Source: Candidatus Collierbacteria bacterium (lineage in GTDB: Bacteria; Patescibacteriota; Microgenomatia; UBA1400; JACPES01). Taken from it: 49,112 bases of DNA. The notes below the pieces were generated by a model that did no database searches, had not been told where the DNA came from, and saw nothing but the letters and a program-made list of their open reading frames with translations. Positions 26,438-32,516 of the stretch are shown here, in pieces; position 1 is the first letter of the stretch; each line of letters starts with the position of its first letter. Both the position numbers and the translations under genes were made by a program. The stretch spans positions 539,154 through 588,265 of the forward strand of contig JACPES010000003.1 in assembly GCA_016183365.1 (NCBI GenBank), given 5' to 3'.

Positions 26438-26471
26438 AAATACTTCAATTATTTAAATAATTGAAGTATTT
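26438..26471. repeat. P2b: 34-nt perfect palindrome AAATACTTCAATTATTT/AAATAATTGAAGTATTT
   Basis: Checked base by base. It starts 23 nt after the stop codon of paralog 2. Confidence 0.9.
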
Positions 26472-26665
26472 ATAACTATTCCAATTAACAGAAAATCATG
26501 GATAAATATCTTTGATGAAAAGGTATAATAACCTGAATGGAGTATCGCAAAATTATGCCCAAATAAGTTTTGATGATTTTAATAAATTCTTTTCTCGCAA
26601 GGGAATTGTCGTAACCGTATCATCTGGTTGCGGACTAGTGTGAGAACGGTATAAAATCAATACTA

Positions 26666-27070
26666 ATGAGAAATATTCTGAAGTCTTTTTTGATCAATGC
26701 TGTGGCTCTATATGTTTTAACCGTGGTTGTCCCGGCTTTTAAGATCAGCGGCGGATTAAACTCCTTCTTGGTGGCCGGCGCCACCCTGACGGCATTAAAC
26801 ATCCTGGTCAAACCTATCTTCAATTTACTGCTGTTGCCGATTAACCTTTTGTCATTGGGATTTTTCAGGTGGGCTTCCAGCGTTTTGATCATTTGGTTGT
26901 TAGCCAAGCTAACTCCGGGATTAATCATTACCAACTACAACTTTTTAGGATTTAGCTATCAAGGCTTTATTGTTCCGGCCGCCCATTTCAGCGTCCTCTG
27001 GACTCTGATCATCGGTTCGTTTATGATGTCGATTATCACCACTCTTTTGGATTGGATTTTAAACGAATGA
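26666..27070 (+). CDS. four-TM membrane protein of the DUF360 / phage-holin-IV-like (YvlD) type
   Basis: The pattern LINAVALYVLTVVVPAFKISGGLNSFLVAGATLTALNILVKPI and its hydrophobic repeats. Called by family resemblance only. Confidence 0.55.
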   Translation: MRNILKSFLINAVALYVLTVVVPAFKISGGLNSFLVAGATLTALNILVKPIFNLLLLPINLLSLGFFRWASSVLIIWLLAKLTPGLIITNYNFLGFSYQGFIVPAAHFSVLWTLIIGSFMMSIITTLLDWILNE

Positions 27071-27273
27071 TTTATTTACAAATAGCAATTTCATTGTTAT
27101 TGATAATTTTGATTTTGATTCAAGGTCAATCAGGCGGAAAAGGGATTTTATGGGAATCCTTAAAAACTTCCTATCATACTAAACACGGAGCCGAAAAAAC
27201 TGTTTTTTTACTGACCATAGCGGTGACTATCATATTTATTTCCGCGGCTATCGCCAATTTGCTAACCGGATAG
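27067..27273 (+). CDS. secG: preprotein translocase subunit SecG-like
   Basis: The start at MIYLQIA forms an ATGA overlap with the upstream stop. It has two TM segments and the LIQGQSGGKG loop typical of SecG. Confidence 0.6.
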   Translation: MIYLQIAISLLLIILILIQGQSGGKGILWESLKTSYHTKHGAEKTVFLLTIAVTIIFISAAIANLLTG

Positions 27274-27277
27274 TTCT

Positions 27278-28606
27278 ATGCTTAAAAGTCTTAGGTTTGC
27301 CTGGTGGTTAATCAAAGCCTTCAACCTCCGGCACGGAAAAACAATCATCTGGACGATCGTCATAAGTGTTTTTATTTTCTTGGCCGGATTAAAAATTTTA
27401 CCTAAATTATCGGCAGTGATTAAAACTTCCCGTCAATTTTCCACCATTGCAATGGTTGGCAAAGTTCGCCCTAGCGAACTTCCGGCTACAATTCTGGATA
27501 AACTTGGTTTAGGGTTAACCCAAATAGACGAGTCGGGCCGGGCTATTCCGGGATTGGCCCAATCGTGGACTGTTTCGGAAGATGGTAAATCATACATCTT
27601 TAATTTAGATAAATCTAAAACCTGGCACGACGGCATTCCGCTGTCTGCCAAAGACATTAATATCGCCATAGAACACGTCCAAACCGAAGTGGTGGATAAT
27701 AGAACCATTAAATTTACCCTGGAACAGCCTTTTGTTCCATTTCCGACCGTATTATCTAAGCCATTATTTAAAAGCAGACTGATTGGAACCGGAAATTTCC
27801 GGTTGAAGAGACTAAACCAAAACGGAGAATTTACGGACAGCGTGGTTATAGAAGATGGTACCAAAACAGAAATATATAAATTTTACCCGTCTTCCGCAGA
27901 TGCCATCACCGCTCTGAAATTGGGCGAAGTAGATGAAGTCAGAGATTTAATCTCAATCGAAGACGTTCCTAAAGTGAGCCAGTTTGAGATTAAGCCGGAA
28001 CGACATTTAGACAGATATCTGGCGGTTTTATTCAATACCCAGGATAAATTATTAGCCGAAAAATCAGTCAGACAAGCCCTAGCTTACGCCATTCCGAATA
28101 AACCTCGGGACGAAAACAGGGTGATCTCGCCTATATCCAAATCATCCTGGGCCTATAACCCTCATGTTAAACCCTATAACTGGGATATCCCGCAAGCCAA
28201 GGAATTATTGAAAGGTTTGGAAGAAATTGGTTCCGCCAAACTGGAAATATCCACATTTTTGCCTTATTTAAGTCGGGCGGAAGAAATTGCCGCGGCTTGG
28301 GCTGATTTGGGAATTCCAACTTCCGTTAAGGTAACATTGGTTTTGCCGACGGAATTTCAAGTCCTAATCACCGGTCAGCAAATTCCAGCTGACCCTGATC
28401 AATATGTATTTTGGCATTCGACTCAATCCACTAATTTAGCCAAATACGCCAATCCTAAGGTAGACAAGCTTTTGGAAAACGGCCGAGAAACTCTAAATGA
28501 AGATAAACGCCAGGAAATCTACCGCGATTTCCAAAGGTTTTTGCTGGAAGATCCGCCGGCAGTTTTTTTGGGCCATATAACCACCTATTCTATTTTTAGA
28601 AAATAG
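27278..28606 (+). CDS. ABC-transporter family-5 (peptide/nickel type) solute-binding protein, N-terminally anchored
   Basis: AIPGLAQSWTVSEDGKSYIFNLDKSKTWHDGIPLSAKDI matches the family-5 SBP signature region. Confidence 0.65.
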   Translation: MLKSLRFAWWLIKAFNLRHGKTIIWTIVISVFIFLAGLKILPKLSAVIKTSRQFSTIAMVGKVRPSELPATILDKLGLGLTQIDESGRAIPGLAQSWTVSEDGKSYIFNLDKSKTWHDGIPLSAKDINIAIEHVQTEVVDNRTIKFTLEQPFVPFPTVLSKPLFKSRLIGTGNFRLKRLNQNGEFTDSVVIEDGTKTEIYKFYPSSADAITALKLGEVDEVRDLISIEDVPKVSQFEIKPERHLDRYLAVLFNTQDKLLAEKSVRQALAYAIPNKPRDENRVISPISKSSWAYNPHVKPYNWDIPQAKELLKGLEEIGSAKLEISTFLPYLSRAEEIAAAWADLGIPTSVKVTLVLPTEFQVLITGQQIPADPDQYVFWHSTQSTNLAKYANPKVDKLLENGRETLNEDKRQEIYRDFQRFLLEDPPAVFLGHITTYSIFRK

Positions 28607-30439
28607 TTAATCGGTCGTGGTGCCGTTAGATCTTCGATGGCGACGACGGTCGATTTCGGTCAATAACTTCTTTCTTAGCCTCAAAGATAGGGGGGTAATT
28701 TCCAACAATTCATCTTTTTCCAAAAAATCAATACACTCTTCCAGTGAGAAATTTTCTTCCGGGGCCAATTGGGTAATACCTTGATGAGATTTTTTCCGAT
28801 GATTGGTTAAATTCTTTTCCTTGCAAACGTTTATCTCCACGTCATCTTCTTTGGTGGTTTGGCCGACGATCATGCCTTGGTAAACTTTTGTTCCTGGCTG
28901 AATAAACGCCGTCCCATGGGATTTTATGGTTTTTAAACTGTACTCCACGGCTCTACCGGTACAATTAGAAATTATTACTCCTGTTCTTAACTTTTGGATA
29001 TCCTTACCCTTGGGTTCAAAATCGATGATTTGAGAATTTAAAACCACCGTTCCTTTAGTTAGAGTCAACAGTTGGCTGCGGAGTCCAATAATATTTCTGG
29101 TAGGCACCCGGTATAAAAATTCTGTTTCGGCGTCGGTTACCGGCTGGCTTTTTTGCAACCAGGCCAAGCGCCGCCCCAGTTCCTGATTGATAACTCCGAT
29201 ATATTCATTAACCACAATAATCGATACTTCCTCCACCGGTTCGCATAAACTTCCGTCAATGGTTTTCAGAATAACATCCGGTTTGCCGATTTCCATTTCG
29301 TAACCTTCACGCCGCATAGTTTCAAATAGAATGGATAAATGGAGTTCTCCCCGGCCGGAAATTTTGAAAGCTCCGTCATCGGTTTTATCAATTTTTAAGC
29401 TGACATTGTTTTCAATTTCCTTGGTCAACCTTTCTTCTAACTGTCTGGAAGTAAAATAAAGCCCTTCTTGCCCCGCAAATGGAGAAGTATTAGCCGAAAG
29501 CCTAACATGCAAAGTCGGTTCGCCGATAACGATCCCGGCCAAGGGAGTCAAATCTTTGGGATCTGTTAAAGTATCTCCAACTTTAACCCCTTTTGAACCG
29601 GATAGAAAAACAATTTCTCCAGCTTTAGCCGAATCAACTTTAGTTCTTCCCAAACCTTCTGCCAGGTAGACGGTTTCTATCTGAAATTTTTCTGGCTGCT
29701 GGCGGTTGGCAATGACTACTGTTTGACCAGCTTTAACTTCACCTTGGTGAATTTTTCCAATCACGATTTGACCCAAGTGGTTATCGTAATCGAGCGATGA
29801 AACCATCATTTTAAAAAAACCATCTACCGGATTTGCCGGAGCCGGAATTTTTGAAATAATAGCGTCCAAAAGGGGAATGCAGTTTGCCTGTTCTTCAATG
29901 TTTGAAGGAAGAGAAATAAACACCTTACCCTCTCTGGCCACAGCGTATAACACCGTCAATTCCAATTGAGCTTCGGTTTTGGCCAAATCCAAAAACAAAT
30001 CGTCCAGACGCGCTAGGGTCCTTTGGATATTGGCGTTAGGTTTATCGATCTTATTAATTACGGTTATGACTTTCAAATTCATGCCGAAGGCTTTTTTCAA
30101 CACGAATCTGGTCTGGGGCATCGGCCCCTCTTGAGCATCCACAATTAACAAAGCTCCGTCTGCCATCCCCAAAGTCCGTTCCACTTCTCCTGAAAAATCG
30201 GCGTGACCGGGAGTATCGATAATATTGATTTTGATGCCTTTGTACTCAATAGCGCAGTTTTTAGCCAGAATCGTGATTCCGCGCTCTCTTTCCAAGGCGT
30301 TTGAATCCATTATCTGCGACTGTTGCATCTCGGCCTGATTTTCCCGAAAGACGTGGGTTTGCTTCAACAGGGCGTCAATTAGTGTGGTCTTTCCATGATC
30401 CACATGAGCGATTACGGCTACATTTCGTATATTTTGCAT
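28607..30439 (-). CDS. typA: translational GTPase TypA/BipA
   Basis: The chosen start is MQNIRNVAVIAHVDHGKTTLIDALL. G-domain motifs DTPGHADF and NKID are present, with EF-G-like domains downstream. Confidence 0.9.
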   Translation of the reverse strand: MQNIRNVAVIAHVDHGKTTLIDALLKQTHVFRENQAEMQQSQIMDSNALERERGITILAKNCAIEYKGIKINIIDTPGHADFSGEVERTLGMADGALLIVDAQEGPMPQTRFVLKKAFGMNLKVITVINKIDKPNANIQRTLARLDDLFLDLAKTEAQLELTVLYAVAREGKVFISLPSNIEEQANCIPLLDAIISKIPAPANPVDGFFKMMVSSLDYDNHLGQIVIGKIHQGEVKAGQTVVIANRQQPEKFQIETVYLAEGLGRTKVDSAKAGEIVFLSGSKGVKVGDTLTDPKDLTPLAGIVIGEPTLHVRLSANTSPFAGQEGLYFTSRQLEERLTKEIENNVSLKIDKTDDGAFKISGRGELHLSILFETMRREGYEMEIGKPDVILKTIDGSLCEPVEEVSIIVVNEYIGVINQELGRRLAWLQKSQPVTDAETEFLYRVPTRNIIGLRSQLLTLTKGTVVLNSQIIDFEPKGKDIQKLRTGVIISNCTGRAVEYSLKTIKSHGTAFIQPGTKVYQGMIVGQTTKEDDVEINVCKEKNLTNHRKKSHQGITQLAPEENFSLEECIDFLEKDELLEITPLSLRLRKKLLTEIDRRRHRRSNGTTTD

Positions 30440-30538
30440 ACTTCCTGCTTTTAAAAAAACAACCCCGCCCAAGCGGGGTTCGATACCTGTATTTTAGCCG
30501 ATTTGGAACCAAATAGCCAATCTACTCAATGCTTTCAT

Positions 30539-30565
30539 TGTCATTCCGGGCTTGAACCGGAATCT
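30539..30565 (+). repeat. single TGTCATTCC-N-GGAATCT hairpin module (intergenic)
   Basis: tgtcattccgggcttgaaccggaatct, with the 7-bp stem attccgg/ccggaat. Confidence 0.85.
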
Positions 30566-30845
30566 ATATAGATTACTCCTTCAACCATCCCACCGACCAG
30601 ACTGCAACCAAAATTTTGGCTGGCCTTGATCGTTTGATAAAGACCCAATCAGCAATTTAGTTGTTGGCATATTCAAACCTATTCATGCCAACGACGCAAA
30701 TTTTCCGGTCAATATCAATCAAAGTTTTAATATAAACCTCAAAAAGTTTTTTGAGTTGTTCAATTTCTGCGGGTGAATATGGTTTAGAAGTCAAAATAGC
30801 CACGAAAGAATGATAGCAGACATCACTGTTCTGATCTCTAAACCA

Positions 30846-30880
30846 TAAGGAGGTAAAATTAAATGATTCAAATCATTTAA
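30846..30880 (+). promoter_or_regulatory. perfect Shine-Dalgarno (TAAGGAGGT) followed by a 5-codon mini-ORF (MIQII-stop)
   Basis: SD at 30846-30854, ATG at 30863, TAA at 30878-30880. No long ORF follows on this strand. Confidence 0.35.
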
Positions 30881-31007
30881 CCTTTTTATGATTCATAGTT
30901 GATTGTTGTGCAGTTTATCCTGTAAAGCAGGATCCTGCTCTGCAGGACGAAACTTCACCATAATCTTCATTCTACGATGCCGATCGGCACTCTGGAATGA
31001 AAATCTA

Positions 31008-31030
31008 AAATACTTCAATTATTTAAATAA
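31008..31030. repeat. P2c: truncated copy of palindrome P2 (left arm + centre only)
   Basis: aaatacttcaattatttaaataa, then a break into GC-rich sequence (cactgagccc...). Confidence 0.85.
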
Positions 31031-31073
31031 CACTGAGCCCACCGAATGTGCCCACCCGCCGCGCCGGAGTTTA

Positions 31074-31119
31074 CCCCGAACCGTCCCGCTAAGCGGGACT
31101 GGTTCTGGGGCTATTTTTT
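31074..31119 (+). terminator. strong intrinsic terminator (nested hairpin + T-run)
   Basis: ccccgaacc-gtcccgc-taa-gcgggac-tggttctgggg followed by ctatttttt. Confidence 0.7.
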
Positions 31120-31192
31120 GCGCGCGCGATTTTTTTCTTGCTTCGCAAGTAAATACTACTTGAATTTTCTCAAATATGTTATACTAAATCAA

Positions 31193-31438
31193 ATGGAGCA
31201 ACAGTTTAAGGTTAAACTAAATACAGATCCTATCCAAACAACAAAATCCTTTATTGCTAGTATGAATAAAAGCGATTGGATTTTTCTGTTTTCATACGTG
31301 ATTATTTTGATGGTTGTTGCTATGGTTATTGATTTCGGTCTTCACTTGATTGATGGAAAATACATCTTTCTTCCTGGAATATTTTTAGGTGGTCCCTTAC
31401 TTCGGAATAGAATAATGGCGAGAGAAAATAAAAAGTAA
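31193..31438 (+). CDS. hypothetical small membrane protein (81 aa)
   Basis: The start is set at MEQQFKV. The upstream part of the listed ORF covers the terminator. One or two hydrophobic segments. Confidence 0.45.
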   Translation: MEQQFKVKLNTDPIQTTKSFIASMNKSDWIFLFSYVIILMVVAMVIDFGLHLIDGKYIFLPGIFLGGPLLRNRIMARENKK

Positions 31439-31446
31439 ATTTTTCC

Positions 31447-31677
31447 TTAGCCTCTCTTCAGCTTTTTATACAATTCGTAAAATATACCAACGGCTCCCGG
31501 AAATACGAGAATACTTACAACCACAACAGCCATAGGACTTATATTTCCCTGCCCCTCAGCCTCGGACATATAACCAACCATTAATCCAAATATGACCATG
31601 ATAAAATAAAGTGCAAGTTTGGGATTTTCAGAAACTATTTTCTCTATACTTTTTTGCTTGTTTAACATATATTTCAC
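31447..31677 (-). CDS. hypothetical small two-TM membrane protein (76 aa)
   Basis: Two clear hydrophobic spans (LALYFIMVIFGLMVGY and MAVVVVSILVFPGAVGIF). No family was recognised. Confidence 0.5.
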   Translation of the reverse strand: MKYMLNKQKSIEKIVSENPKLALYFIMVIFGLMVGYMSEAEGQGNISPMAVVVVSILVFPGAVGIFYELYKKLKRG

Positions 31678-31727
31678 CTCCTATCTGCGAATTATTACCC
31701 TTACACTGTTTAGTGTACAAAATCAAC

Positions 31728-31757
31728 TTGCTTTTAACAATCTAGTTTTGCTATATT
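31728..31757 (+). promoter_or_regulatory. sigma70-like promoter candidate (-35 TTGCTT, 18-nt spacer, -10 TATATT)
   Basis: Hexamers at 31728-31733 and 31752-31757. The predicted start near G31764 coincides with the first base of the long helix. Confidence 0.35.
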
Positions 31758-31763
31758 AACTAT

Positions 31764-31927
31764 GGACTCAGCAAAAACGAATTGCGTTTTTTAATGGCGC
31801 AATCGGACAGTAAGACGCAATTCTTGCTGAGTCCACCGGTTGCGCCATTTAAATTGTATAAAAGTTCTTTGAAAATTTTTGCGTCACGCTGAGCGTGACA
31901 GTTGCCCCGCTAAGCGGGGCGTTTTTT
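31764..31927 (+). ncRNA. candidate ~165-nt structured sRNA (unassigned family)
   Basis: An 11-bp helix (31764-31774 with 31824-31834) and an 8-bp helix (31779-31786 with 31816-31823). A 10-nt loop segment aatggcgcaa (31793-31802) is complementary to ttgcgccatt (31840-31849). Two hairpins follow, the second a terminator. No ORF is present. Confidence 0.4.
31904..31927 (+). terminator. intrinsic terminator gccccgc-taa-gcggggc + T6
   Basis: A perfect 7-bp GC-rich stem followed by gtttttt. Confidence 0.75.
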
Positions 31928-31963
31928 CTTCGAGCCGACAAATCATCGACAGTAAAAATTGTT

Positions 31964-32233
31964 TTATTTTTTCCAAGTTTTTTTCCTAAAATATTCTCTC
32001 AATTTAACTTCAAGTTCTTTCTTCCCATTTCCTCCTTTGAGATAAATTTCTCTATTTCTGGCATCTTTTTCTTCGACAAAAGCTTCATAATGAATTAATT
32101 GTAAGGGTCTCCTATCTTTTGTCGCTCTGACAAATCCATTTTCATGAGCTTTAATTCGAGAACGCAGATCTGGAGTAAATCCCGTGTAAAGTTTTCCATC
32201 CTTCAAGCTGTGGAGAATGTAGGTGTAAAACAT
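31964..32233 (-). CDS. small GIY-YIG nuclease-family protein (UPF0213/YhbQ-like)
   Basis: YTYILHSLKDGKLYTGFTPDLRSRIKAHENG ... EIYLKG in an 89-aa protein. Confidence 0.8.
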   Translation of the reverse strand: MFYTYILHSLKDGKLYTGFTPDLRSRIKAHENGFVRATKDRRPLQLIHYEAFVEEKDARNREIYLKGGNGKKELEVKLREYFRKKTWKK

Positions 32234-32271
32234 TTTAGATAGGAGGAATGAAATTACGATTCCGGATGGTT

Positions 32272-32310
32272 GGCGCGCTCAGCGCGCCTCTAACCACGCT
32301 CAGCGTGGTT
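32272..32310 (-). terminator. two consecutive CGC-TGA-GCG hairpins downstream of tRNA-Gln (processing or termination structures)
   Basis: On the minus strand these read aaccacgc-tga-gcgtggtt (which includes the tRNA ACCA end) and ggcgcgc-tga-gcgcgcc. There is no clear T-run. Confidence 0.4.
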
Positions 32311-32379
32311 GGGAGACAGGGAATCGAACCCCGATTAGCGGATCCAAATTCCGCTGTCCTACCGTTAGACGATCTCCCA
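32306..32379 (-). tRNA. tRNA-Gln(TTG), CCA encoded
   Basis: Cloverleaf folded by hand. U1-A72 acceptor TGGGAGA/TCTCCCA, anticodon loop ATTTGGA, T-arm CGGGG-TTCGATT-CCCTG. Confidence 0.9.
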
Positions 32380-32441
32380 ATTGAGCATATTTTACCTCAA
32401 ATCTTTAAATTGGAACATGGTTACGCTTATCTGATATTAAA

Positions 32442-32469
32442 TACTTCAATTATTTAAATAATTGAAGTA
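32442..32469. repeat. P2d: 28-nt perfect palindrome TACTTCAATTATTT/AAATAATTGAAGTA
   Basis: Checked base by base. It lies upstream of the minus-strand tRNA-Gln / GIY-YIG unit. Confidence 0.9.
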
Positions 32470-32516
32470 ATTAAGCTGTCGGCATTATTATTATAGATGA
32501 AAATTGATCCGATCTT

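Noticed and set aside
30903-31163. 86-aa plus-strand ORF, and the N-terminal part of ORF 31046..31438
   Set aside because: Both span the half palindrome, the GC-rich hairpins and an intrinsic terminator. Their Cys/Arg/Pro-rich translation looks non-coding.
32248-32457. 69-aa plus-strand ORF preceded by AGGAGG
   Set aside because: It runs antisense through tRNA-Gln and its hairpins and ends inside palindrome P2d. The SD-like sequence is probably fortuitous.
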